This document shows positions 50,667 to 60,258 of a stretch of 64,000 bases of DNA, piece by piece (within the stretch, counting starts at the first letter, position 1; each line of letters starts with the position of its first letter). A program made the translations under genes and the position numbers. This stretch comes from Calditrichia bacterium (lineage in GTDB: Bacteria; Calditrichota; Calditrichia; JAJRVZ01): NCBI GenBank assembly GCA_963796965.1, contig CAWCNS010000002.1, positions 192,001-256,000 on the forward strand, written 5' to 3'. The notes under the pieces are model-generated. The model saw nothing but the letters and a program-made list of their open reading frames with translations, searched no databases and had not been told where the DNA came from.

Positions 50667-51323
50667 ATGTGGAAGCTAAGAATACTCATTTATATTGCAT
50701 TTATTTTTTACGGTCTTTCTCAATCGGAAGAGGCCATCGCCCAAGTAAGGTCTCTGGATATTATGGGAGGGTTTGTCTACAATATTAATTCCCCCCTCCT
50801 GATTCTCCAGGAAGGAAGAGATAACCTTATCCTAAATGCAGATTATGAAACCAAATCCTTTGAAAAAATCCCCTATTTTGTAATCCGACTGAATTATAAA
50901 ACAAGTAATATTCTCCTTGAACTTCAATATATACACCACAAAATAAATCTGACCAATACGAGCAGTGAGATCCAAGATTTTGAGATCTCAGACGGATTTA
51001 ATATTATTTCTATCAATTACCGCTTAATGACAAAATATCTCGATTTTCGATTTGGGCTGGGAGCAGCAATAACCTATTGCAAATCAACGATACGTGGATA
51101 TAATTATTCTCCAACAGGTGGGGTATTCAATAGCGGTTACTATATCGCCGGGCCGGTTTTGCTTTTCGGAGTGAATAAAGAATTTGATCTATCAAAACAT
51201 TTCTACCTGAATGCCGAGGCTCAATTTACATCCGCCTGGGTATTAGTTCCAGTGGCAGCGGGATATGGGTATGTATCTAATTTTGCCCTACACTTGATGT
51301 TAGGTCTGGGCTATACGTTTTAA
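50667..51323 (+). CDS. Small outer-membrane beta-barrel protein
   Basis: Signal peptide, alternating beta strands and C-terminal GLGYTF BAM signal. Confidence 0.7.
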   Translation: MWKLRILIYIAFIFYGLSQSEEAIAQVRSLDIMGGFVYNINSPLLILQEGRDNLILNADYETKSFEKIPYFVIRLNYKTSNILLELQYIHHKINLTNTSSEIQDFEISDGFNIISINYRLMTKYLDFRFGLGAAITYCKSTIRGYNYSPTGGVFNSGYYIAGPVLLFGVNKEFDLSKHFYLNAEAQFTSAWVLVPVAAGYGYVSNFALHLMLGLGYTF

Positions 51324-51562
51324 AAATCCTCTCGCAAAAACGCAGATTTTTTCCACGAATTACACAAATTTCGACGAATTTCACGAATTGTTTTATTAGA
51401 ATTTAAATGATTCTATGTTCTTAATGTGCAGTTTGTACCACCTGCAGTTTGTAATCCTAAAACAATTACGATCTTTATTTACAGATAAATATTGTTGATT
51501 TTATAAAACATAAACAAGTAAAGTATTAGTTAAATCTTTTAACTTTAAACATACAAGCCGGC

Positions 51563-51664
51563 GAAGCACACGAAGAATTCTTTAGAATTTTTTCTTCGTG
51601 CTCTTCCTCCGAAGGAGTCCCTTCGGGAATGAACTTCTGCCATAGGCATCCCTTCGGGAGTGGT
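51563..51664. repeat. CACGAAG/CTTCGTG periodic element with two nested 22-nt double-hairpin inserts
   Basis: cttcgtgctcttc[ctccgaaggagtcccttcggga]atgaacttc[tgccataggcatcccttcggga]gtggt; a third copy lies inverted at 59932-59953. Confidence 0.75.
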
Positions 51665-51762
51665 AAATATTATTTAATTTCTAAATCTGAACGGACAAAA
51701 GTCGTTGCCCATTCGAAAGGTAAACTCAAGATAAATTTTTGTAGAATAAAATCAGTGTTTAT

Positions 51763-53316
51763 CTATAAATCCTTATACTGTTTTTTTAGCTCCTGCAGCC
51801 TTTTTTTCAACTCCAGGATTTTTTCTTCATAATCAGGATTATTATAGAGATTATTCATTTCATTGGGATCTTCCTGGAGATCATATAATTCCCAATCATC
51901 GATATCATTATAAAAATGTATAAGTTTATAGCGGTCCGTGCGTATACCATAATGTCTTTTTACATCATGCCAGCCATGAGGATATTCATAGTAATGATAA
52001 TAAACGGCGTCTCTCCAGGAATTCGCTTTATTGTTGAAAATAGGTAAAAGTGATAATCCCTGCATTTCGTCAGGAATATCAAGTCCCGCCAATTCAAGAA
52101 ACGTGGACGCAAAGTCCAGATTCATAACTAATTTATCTGAAGCAACCCCAGCGGGAATGACATTCGGGTAGCGAATTAGCAATGGCGTACCAAAAGACTC
52201 TTCATACATAAATCTTTTATCATACCAGCCATGTTCACCCAGGTAAAATCCCTGGTCAGATGTATAAACAACGATTGTATTTTCCGCTAATCCTGATTCA
52301 TCAAGATAATCGAGTATCCGTCCAATATTCTCGTCTACTGAGACAATACACCGCAGGTAGTCCTTAATATAACGTTGATACTTCCACTCGGCGAGTGCCC
52401 TACCGGATAACTTTTTCTTACGAAAATCCTCTATTAAGGGTCTATAATGTTTATCCCATTCAGATCTTTGTTTTTTGGTCAATCGCCCGTAGATACCCTT
52501 CCAACCTTCACGCGGATCGAAACCGGCTTTTCCCCCGGAATCACTATCATTCTCATCAGAAATATCCATTTTAAGGTCATATGAATTCCATAGTTTTGCA
52601 ATTTGCATATCCTGTTCCCTTGCCGCATCAGAACGGGTTTTATAATCATCGAAAAAAGTCTCTGGCAGAGGGAATTCTTTGTCTTTGAACAAGGGAAGAT
52701 GTTTAAGATCGGGCATCCAGTTGCGGTGCGGTGCTTTATGATAAAGCAACATACAAAAGGGTTTCTTTTTATCTCTTCTTTCTAATGTCTGTATGGCATA
52801 GTCTGTAATTATATTGGTGGCATAACCCTCAACCTGAAGCGTATCCCCCATTTCAATAAAAGTTGGATTATAGTATTGCCCCTGTCCGGGTAGAATATTC
52901 CAGTAATCAAAATCGCTGGGGATTGATTTCAGATGCCATTTCCCTACAATTGCCGTAAAATATCCCGCCTTCCTGAAGAAATCCCGGAAAGGTTGTTTGG
53001 TTCGGGATTAAATACATCGCGGTTATCCCGCAATCCATTTAAGATGGCTATATTTCCCGGTAAGGATCACTGCCCTGCTGGGTGCACATATGGAATTGGT
53101 AACAAATGCATTTTCAAACGCGATACCCTCTGAGGCAATTCTGTCAATATTTGGTGTCTGTATTAACCTATTGCTATAATGGCTTATAGCCGCTTTTGCA
53201 TGATCATCAGACATAATCAGAAGTATATTGGGGCGTGAATCCTTACATGAATTCAAGACTATTAACAGTATTGTTAGTGTCAAGAATATAAAAAACTTCT
53301 TCGTACTGAGACTCAT
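51763..53316 (-). CDS. Lipoprotein sulfatase (FGly type), three one-base insertions at ~53040-52965
   Basis: LNSC lipobox, [26 protein letters not shown] (restored frame), [14 protein letters not shown] and [11 protein letters not shown]. Confidence 0.9.
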
Positions 53317-53517
53317 ATGATCCCTCACTGTTAAGAATTTAAATTGTCTGAATTAGAAGCTTAGATATTTCTTACGCCATATTTCCATTAGTGTTAATTA
53401 ACCAGGCCCGAATGTTAAAATAATTCCCAATGATTCAATACTAAAATCTATATATTTTGAATTTGGAAATTGGATATTCAATTGACATTGAGATTATGTC
53501 ATTTAACATTAGCTGTT

Positions 53518-53545
53518 GGAACCTTTTCAGTCATTCAGCGTATAA
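53518..53545 (+). promoter_or_regulatory. Candidate ECF-sigma promoter
   Basis: GGAAC-N16-CGTATAA, ~75 nt upstream of the PDZ gene start. Confidence 0.5.
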
Positions 53546-53620
53546 TTTTCTTCAATATATCTTTCAAAATCTGCCAAAAATAATCTACTTATGCAATCAT
53601 TTAAATAGGGAGGATTCTCT

Positions 53621-54608
53621 ATGAAGTTTTTTACATTATTTTTAGCCTTAATATTGGTTTTTTCATTTGGTTCAAATTTATTTGCTGCAGATGAGAAAAA
53701 AATTGAAAAGAAAATTCTGGTAAAAACTACCGAGAAAAAAGTCAGGTTTGGGAGTCGTTGTTTCAACTACAGCAAAGGGAGACATAGAAAAAGCTGATGA
53801 AGAAGGTGCAAAAATTTTAGAAGTTTTTAAAGGAAGCGAAGCTGATGCGATTGGTCTTAAAAAAGGCGATATAATCGTTGAATTAAATGGTAAAAAAATT
53901 ACACGACCATCTGATCTAATGGATCAAATGAATGAGACAGAAGAGGGTGAAAAAATAAATCTGAAAATCGTAAGAGATGGTAAGGAATATTCTTTTAAAG
54001 CCACTTTAAAGCCATTCCAGGGAAACGGCTATGCTTTTCATTCGGAGGATATGGATAATGATGTCATGTTCAACATGGTCAAAGCACCCCATGGAGGAGA
54101 TTATACCCATTTTTTCCGCACTGGTGATGCACAATCCGTTCATAAAAAAGGCGGTTATCTTGGCGTCCAGGTTAAGGGTTTGTCCGAGCAATTACAGAAA
54201 TATTTTGAAGTTCAGAATGGCGTACTAATTGAAGAAGTGATGAAGGATTCTCCGGCAGAGAAAGCAGGCTTAAAAGCAGGCGATGTCATTACTTCTATCA
54301 ATGATCGCAGAATTGAAGATGCTGAAGATCTGATCAGGACAATCAATTATTTTAATCCTGAAGAAGAAGTTGAGGTAGTTTTTAATCGTAAAGGTGATAA
54401 AAAGGAAGTAAATGCCGTTTTAGATAAGAAACCTGGATTTTCCTGGACGGCAATGAAAGCTATGGGCCCTAAAAAAATTGAATGGATCGATGAAGCAGAT
54501 CCGGATGCTGTCATTATAAAAGAGGGCGGTCCATTAAAGACCATTGAAATAAAAAGAGGAGATGGTGATGAACTGATAGAGATTTCGGAGGAAATACTTA
54601 TTTTTTAA
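53621..54608 (+). CDS. Secreted tandem-PDZ protein without a protease domain (frameshift near 53747)
   Basis: SD ggagg; signal peptide MKFFTLFLALILVFSFGSNLFA; two PDZ domains (RLGV..GSEADAIGLKKGDII; YLGV..DSPAEKAGLKAGDVI). Confidence 0.85.
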
Positions 54609-54674
54609 CGCCATCGTCAAACATCAACATGTGAAGTATAACATTATAATCTTTATTTCTCATATTATATAAAG

Positions 54675-54717
54675 AAAAAGGCTGAACTTTGTATGCACAG
54701 AATTCAGCCTTTTTTTT
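54675..54717. terminator. Bidirectional rho-independent terminator
   Basis: aaaaaggctgaa...ttcagcctttttttt between convergent genes. Confidence 0.8.
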
Positions 54718-54748
54718 ATTTCTCCTTAAAATATTTTTGTATGAAGAT

Positions 54749-55147
54749 CTATTTTGTAACAAGAGTAAAGGGAATATATGTAATGGATTTTACCCGTTTT
54801 CCATTAATGAAAGCCGGATCAAATCTTGTTCTCTTAGCCGCATCCAGGGCTGCAAGATCTAATGATGAGGTAATATTGGACTTCTTTATTAACACATTAC
54901 TTTCATCACTGGAATAAAGTGACATTTCTATTGTATCATGGAGTCCTTTATATATATTGGCCTCTATCACAAATCCCTTTTCATTAATGACAACTTCCAC
55001 AATCACTTTACCCGATAATTTTTTTTCGATGGCATCATGAGGGTATATCACTGGTACATTTTTTAATATTACCGGTTTAATGTTTACATCTTTCAGCTCA
55101 TAAATCTCTGGTCTCTCAATCCAGAGTTCCTCATGCCACGGTTCCAT
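54749..55147 (-). CDS. TonB C-terminal domain protein
   Basis: YPHDAIEKKLSGKVIVEVVINEKG...LDLAALDAAKRTRFDPA..NGKRV...IPF; no N-terminal TM anchor. Confidence 0.75.
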   Translation of the reverse strand: MEPWHEELWIERPEIYELKDVNIKPVILKNVPVIYPHDAIEKKLSGKVIVEVVINEKGFVIEANIYKGLHDTIEMSLYSSDESNVLIKKSNITSSLDLAALDAAKRTRFDPAFINGKRVKSITYIPFTLVTK

Positions 55148-55537
55148 TACCTATAAATCTCCCTATTTTTCTTTTTATATTCGGATATTTTCAATTGAAA
55201 CTTATCTTTTTTATTAAAAGTTCCTTTATTAAGTCTAAATGATTCAACACAGAGGGCCTAAAGCAATTAAGAATTAATAATTCCGAATTAAGAATGCATG
55301 CAAACAAATGGAAAATGGTCAATACCATTAATGAAATAGAAACATTTCTAAACAATATTACTTAGTTTTAAGTGCTTCTTTATCTAATCCGTGTTTCTCC
55401 GTGTCATCGGTGGTTAATTTTTTCTTTTTATACCAACTCCATCCCTTTATGGGTGGCAAATATTTTATTAATGCTCATATTTGAAAGGCCAGGTATGTAT
55501 ATATTTTTATTTTTTATTCTTTTTCTTCAAAATACAT

Positions 55538-55566
55538 GCTAACTTTTTACAAATAGATATGTCTAT
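55538..55566 (+). promoter_or_regulatory. Candidate autoregulatory ECF promoter
   Basis: GCTAAC-N17-GTCTAT just upstream of the sigma gene SD (gaggag). Confidence 0.45.
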
Positions 55567-55588
55567 AATTTCAGAGGAGTAAAAATAG

Positions 55589-56149
55589 GTGAAGACCGAC
55601 GATATGCTGATAGATGAAATTAAAAATGGCCAACAAGCATCTTATGATGAACTCATGCAGCGACATCAAAGCCATGTCTACAACATTGCTTATAATTTTA
55701 CCCGTTCCTCAGACGATGCAATGGATTTGTCACAAACAATTTTTTTAAAGGCTTATGAAAACCTGGGGAAGTTCCGACGTGAAAGTCAATTTAAAACCTG
55801 GCTTATGCGGATCACTTATAATGAAGGGCAAAATTGGTTACGAAAGAATAAGAAAAATGTCCTTCACGAGGATATTGACACGTCTAATGATGGATCATTT
55901 AGTATTAGTCCATCACAGGAGGATGAATTTCTTGCGTCTGAGAACAAAGCCCTTCTGATACGTTGTTTGTATGAATTGAACACAAAATATCGTCTGGCCG
56001 TAATTCTGAAGTATTTCGAGAATTATTCAATAAAAGAAATATCTGAAACGTTGAATTGTAGTGAAGGCGTTGTAAAAAATATGTTATTTAGAAGTCTGCA
56101 AAAATTGAGATCTGAAATTGGATCAAGAAATAATGGAGTCACTCCATGA
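55589..56149 (+). CDS. ECF RNA polymerase sigma factor
   Basis: Region 2 DAMDLSQTIFLKAY..FKTWLMRI and region 4 YSIKEISETLNCSEGVVKNMLFR. Confidence 0.92.
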   Translation: MKTDDMLIDEIKNGQQASYDELMQRHQSHVYNIAYNFTRSSDDAMDLSQTIFLKAYENLGKFRRESQFKTWLMRITYNEGQNWLRKNKKNVLHEDIDTSNDGSFSISPSQEDEFLASENKALLIRCLYELNTKYRLAVILKYFENYSIKEISETLNCSEGVVKNMLFRSLQKLRSEIGSRNNGVTP

Positions 56150-57087
56150 ATATCGAGCAAAGAATAGAAGAATTAGTAATAAAATTACAGTCCGGTGAAA
56201 TAGACATTGCGGAACGGGAAGAACTAGATAAGTATCTTAATCAATATCCTGCCTACAAGGATATCTATGAGATACATAAGTTATTAAGTGAATCAACTCA
56301 ATTTATACCAGAACCGGAAACCGAACAATTCACCCAAATGCGGGCGGCAGTAATGCGCAAAATAAGACTATCTAAAAAGCATTCACCCGGAAGTTTCGAG
56401 CAGTTTTTTCTGAAAATCCGAGAATTTGCATTGCGTCCGGAAATGGCGGTCGCTGCCTTGACATTAATTATTGGGTTCCTCTTAGGTAGAGCCCTGCCCC
56501 CCGATGCAAATTCTCTCCCAACCAATATCATATCTCAAATTACGACATTGGCGAAAGGGAACACCAAACTAGATGACATAAAAAAATCACCATACCTTTA
56601 TACCAATGTTTCATTTAAGGAAGTCGATGAAAATAGTATTGCTCTCAGTTTTGATGTTACCACACATCTGGATATGGTTAGTGAAAAAGAAGATCCTTTG
56701 GTTCGTGATGTCATTGCACAATCATTAGTTAATCCTTCAAATTTGGGTTCTGAATTAAAAGCCATCTCTTACTCTGAGGGGGTTTTTGACCGGAAGATAA
56801 AGGAAGCATTAATCTATTCCATGAATCATACACCAATCCTAGCCGTACGCCTTAAGGCGATGAATAATTTACAGGACTATAAAAATGATCCCGAAGTGCA
56901 AGAAGCATTTTTAGGTGTGTTAAAAGATGAAGAATCGGTTAAAATGCGGTTAATGGCAATTGATTATCTCACAGAAAGTCAAACTAAAGCAGATACCCTT
57001 AAAAAGATAATTTCCGAATCCACTGTTCCGCAAAATCCAGCTATTATGATAAAGGTCAAAAATTATAAAAACAAAGAAGAATTATAA
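56146..57087 (+). CDS. Putative anti-sigma factor (single TM helix, C-terminal HEAT-like repeats)
   Basis: ATGA overlap with the sigma gene; TM segment AVAALTLIIGFLLG; VRLKAM and MRLMAID HEAT-like units. Confidence 0.75.
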   Translation: MNIEQRIEELVIKLQSGEIDIAEREELDKYLNQYPAYKDIYEIHKLLSESTQFIPEPETEQFTQMRAAVMRKIRLSKKHSPGSFEQFFLKIREFALRPEMAVAALTLIIGFLLGRALPPDANSLPTNIISQITTLAKGNTKLDDIKKSPYLYTNVSFKEVDENSIALSFDVTTHLDMVSEKEDPLVRDVIAQSLVNPSNLGSELKAISYSEGVFDRKIKEALIYSMNHTPILAVRLKAMNNLQDYKNDPEVQEAFLGVLKDEESVKMRLMAIDYLTESQTKADTLKKIISESTVPQNPAIMIKVKNYKNKEEL

Positions 57088-57109
57088 ATTAGTAGAAAGG
57101 AAGTCTCAA

Positions 57110-58231
57110 ATGAAAAAAATATGTGTATTCAGTTTGCTCCTCATTCTGCCGTTAATACTAATAGCCCAAAACAATGTAAAACGAACATTTGAAACCACTC
57201 CAGGCAAGAGACTAGAGGTGGATCTTACCACAGGAGGATCAATCGAAATTAAAGGTTGGGATAAAAACGAGGTCTCTATCGCTGCTGATCTTCGTGGTGA
57301 CGAGGAAGATTATAATCTCGAATTCAAAGAACGATCATGGGGAATCTCCGTCGAAATATCCTTTGAAGGGCGAAGAAGTAGCAATGGTGGCGTCTCCATA
57401 GAAGTCCAGGTACCTAAAAACTATAATTTAGAGCTAGAAACGATGGGTGGTGAAATTAACATTGATGGCGTGGAGGGAGAATTTTCAGGTGAAACCATGG
57501 GGGGAGAGATTCGACTCTCTAATCTTAAAGGTACAGCCAATTTAACAACGATGGGTGGTGAAATCGAGGTATCAGATTCTGAATTGGATGGGCAGGTAAA
57601 AACCATGGGTGGCGAAATAACCCTAAACGATGTTATTGGAGATTTGAATGCTTCTACAATGGGAGGCGAAGTAACTTACCGTAACAAAAAGAAGCAGGAT
57701 AACCGGAAAAATGCCAAGGAATTGACAATTTCGACAATGGGTGGTGAAATAAATGTTGACGATGCTCCAGGCGGTGCCAATGTCAGTACTATGGGGGGAG
57801 AAATAAGAATCCGCCGCGCACGGAAATACGTAAAAGCTAAAACCATGGGTGGTGAAATTAAGATAGATGAAATCGACGGAGGTGTAAAAGCCACGACAAT
57901 GGGGGGTGAGATAAGGGTCAATATGGTAGGTAATCCTGATGAATATGACCGTGATGTGGTTCTCTCTTCCATGGGCGGAGATATTGAACTTACTGTACCC
58001 GAAGGCCTGTCAATGGATTTTGATATTAAATTGACGATTACCCGAAGATCATCAGATAAATATAAAATCATCAGCGACTTCCCCATAAACATTGAAGAGT
58101 CAGATGACTGGGACCGTTCAGAAGGCTCGGCGCGAAGATATATCTATGGCACCGGAAAAGTTAAAGACGGCAAAAATCGTATTCGTATTGATACGATCAA
58201 TGGTGATATTATTATTAAGAAAGGACGATGA
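57110..58231 (+). CDS. DUF4097-like beta-strand repeat (beta-solenoid) secreted protein
   Basis: Signal peptide; nine TMGGE[IV] repeats plus SMGGDI, mostly at 18-19 aa spacing; ends TINGDIII. Confidence 0.85.
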   Translation: MKKICVFSLLLILPLILIAQNNVKRTFETTPGKRLEVDLTTGGSIEIKGWDKNEVSIAADLRGDEEDYNLEFKERSWGISVEISFEGRRSSNGGVSIEVQVPKNYNLELETMGGEINIDGVEGEFSGETMGGEIRLSNLKGTANLTTMGGEIEVSDSELDGQVKTMGGEITLNDVIGDLNASTMGGEVTYRNKKKQDNRKNAKELTISTMGGEINVDDAPGGANVSTMGGEIRIRRARKYVKAKTMGGEIKIDEIDGGVKATTMGGEIRVNMVGNPDEYDRDVVLSSMGGDIELTVPEGLSMDFDIKLTITRRSSDKYKIISDFPINIEESDDWDRSEGSARRYIYGTGKVKDGKNRIRIDTINGDIIIKKGR

Positions 58232-58232
58232 C

Positions 58233-58302
58233 CGTAAAGCGTAGAGGGTGAAGCGTAGAGCGTTTTTCTAAGTCGATTATCGCTCTTCGCTTTACGCTCT
58301 AC
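58233..58302. repeat. GAGCGTR heptamer hairpin between convergent genes (possible terminator)
   Basis: cgtaaagcgtagagggtgaagcgtagagcg ... cgctcttcgctttacgctctac. Confidence 0.7.
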
Positions 58303-58312
58303 AGTTTTTGAT

Positions 58313-59884
58313 TCATTCTCCCGCAAGATTATCCGAATCGAACCGGCCCTCCCTGTTCGCTGCAGCACGGATTATATCATAACTCAAGCGTGTAACATTT
58401 AACAATTTGTAGTAATTGATTTTATCTGCATCATCAGTAATTTTGTGATAATCTTCTTTCATATAATCGAAGAAAAAAACACTGGGAATATTTTTCTTAG
58501 CAAAGCTATAATGATCACTCCTGTAGTAGAAACGGTTCGGATCGTTAGACGCATTAAATTTTAAATCTAAGTGCATCCCAACACCAGCATCGTTTGCTGA
58601 GAATACTAAATCATGATATTCCACACTTATTTTGTCTGATCCGATCACATAAACACTATCCGTAGGTCCCCTGCCAACCATATCAAGATTGATATGTGCA
58701 ACGATATCATCCATCCTGTCAAAATTTGCCGTGAAATATTTTGATCCTAACAAGCCCTTTTCTTCTGCGGTATGGAAGTTCAATAATATTGATCGTTTAT
58801 GGTCTTTGGTTTGTGCAAAAACCCTTGCAATTTCCATGACTGCTGCCGTTCCTGAAGCATTATCATCAGCACCATTGTAAATCCCGGTCGCACCGATGCC
58901 CTCATGATCAAAATGACAGCCAATAGATACCATTTCATGGTTGAGATCTGGGTCATTCCCTTCCAACACACCAACGACGTTTCTAACCTGTACGGTTTTT
59001 GATGTATCAAAAGCCCAAAATAATTGTGACTTGGTTTCAAACTCAATAGCTGCTGGAGCTGATTTTGATTTCAGGGAAGTATTTATCTCTTCATAAGAGA
59101 AATTATTTTTTGCAAAAATTGAATCTAATACGGATTCTTTAATAACCAAAATGGGAAATGCAGATGTACCACTTCGAACTGGTTTCTCCATAAACTGCAA
59201 CTTCCCCTTTTCTACATAATTTACGACTGAATTCCAGCCATATTCCTCTTCCAAGGCAGAAATGTAAATGGCACCCAGGGCCCCCTGGGTTTTAGCATTC
59301 TTAATCTTAGACCAACTTGAGGCAAAGGATGTTTTTTTCGGACCTTTAAAGAAAGTAGTGTCTTCGCTCTCCGGCTCTCCGGGTATAAAAAGAATTATTT
59401 TACCTTTAACATCCAGGTCAGCATAATTATCGTATTGATATTCATGTGCCGTAATACCATAGCCCACAAACACAATACTTGTAACCGTATCGATTGTTTC
59501 ATAATATCGATTTGATCCTACAAAATCCTGTCCATAGGAAAACTCAGTCAATTCATTTTTTTTATTGAGCATGCCAAATTTTGACTCTTTAGAAAAATGA
59601 ATATGACGCAAATTGAAATTCTGAAAATATCCGTCATTGCCATCAAGAGTCTGAACACCATACTTTTTTAATTCAGTGGCAATATATTTTGAAGCAACTC
59701 TTTCGGCATCGGTGGCAGCCTCACGACCCTCTAATTCATCTGAAGCAAGGTATTCCAGATTAGATTGGAGGTGACGAATGCTGAATAAATTCTCGCCACC
59801 ATCATTATCGTAATATCCAAGTTTGGTGCTCTGACAACTTATTAAGGTGATACAGGTTAAAATTGTGAGGATGTTATTTATCAT
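58313..59884 (-). CDS. M28-family peptidase lipoprotein with PA domain
   Basis: LISC lipobox, LASDELEGR, FVGYG..DVKGKI, CHFDHEG, GADDNASG, AEEKGLLGS, NLDMVG, SDH and YH. Confidence 0.9.
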   Translation of the reverse strand: MINNILTILTCITLISCQSTKLGYYDNDGGENLFSIRHLQSNLEYLASDELEGREAATDAERVASKYIATELKKYGVQTLDGNDGYFQNFNLRHIHFSKESKFGMLNKKNELTEFSYGQDFVGSNRYYETIDTVTSIVFVGYGITAHEYQYDNYADLDVKGKIILFIPGEPESEDTTFFKGPKKTSFASSWSKIKNAKTQGALGAIYISALEEEYGWNSVVNYVEKGKLQFMEKPVRSGTSAFPILVIKESVLDSIFAKNNFSYEEINTSLKSKSAPAAIEFETKSQLFWAFDTSKTVQVRNVVGVLEGNDPDLNHEMVSIGCHFDHEGIGATGIYNGADDNASGTAAVMEIARVFAQTKDHKRSILLNFHTAEEKGLLGSKYFTANFDRMDDIVAHINLDMVGRGPTDSVYVIGSDKISVEYHDLVFSANDAGVGMHLDLKFNASNDPNRFYYRSDHYSFAKKNIPSVFFFDYMKEDYHKITDDADKINYYKLLNVTRLSYDIIRAAANREGRFDSDNLAGE

Positions 59885-60042
59885 TTTTTCGCCCAACTAT
59901 TTAGTGTAGTATCGCATTTTTATTGTTTCACTCCCGAAGGGACTCCTTTGGAGGAAGTTCGAGAAAAAATTTTAAAGAACCGGAAAGAATTAATCGATAC
60001 TGTTTTTTAACAATCATAATCTCCTTTGCACGACCTTCATAT

Positions 60043-60130
60043 TGTCATCCTGAGCGGAGTCGAAGGATGGGGAATGGATTAATCTATATGTTGCATTATG
60101 TGAATGCGACGCGATAAATTCTGTCGTTAC
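60043..60130. repeat. GTCATCCTGAGCGGAGTCGAAGGA-type intergenic repeat plus an inverted CGAC-type REP
   Basis: tgtcatcctgagcggagtcgaagga at 60043. The reverse complement of 60107-60130 (gtaacgacagaatttatcgcgtcg) resembles the 36778 REP. Confidence 0.55.
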
Positions 60131-60258
60131 AATCATCTACTACCATGATTTAAAAAACTATTGTTAAAAAAACTTCGGATTCTTCGTGTATCTTCGTGAT
60201 CCCTGAAATTATTTCCACTTCATCTGCGTATACAATACAAAGAATAGGAACTGTTTAG

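Noticed and set aside
57430..57990. CRISPR-like repeats (acnatgggnggngaaat about every 54-57 nt)
   Set aside because: These are the codons of the TMGGEI protein repeat, with third-position variation inside an intact ORF. No cas genes are present.
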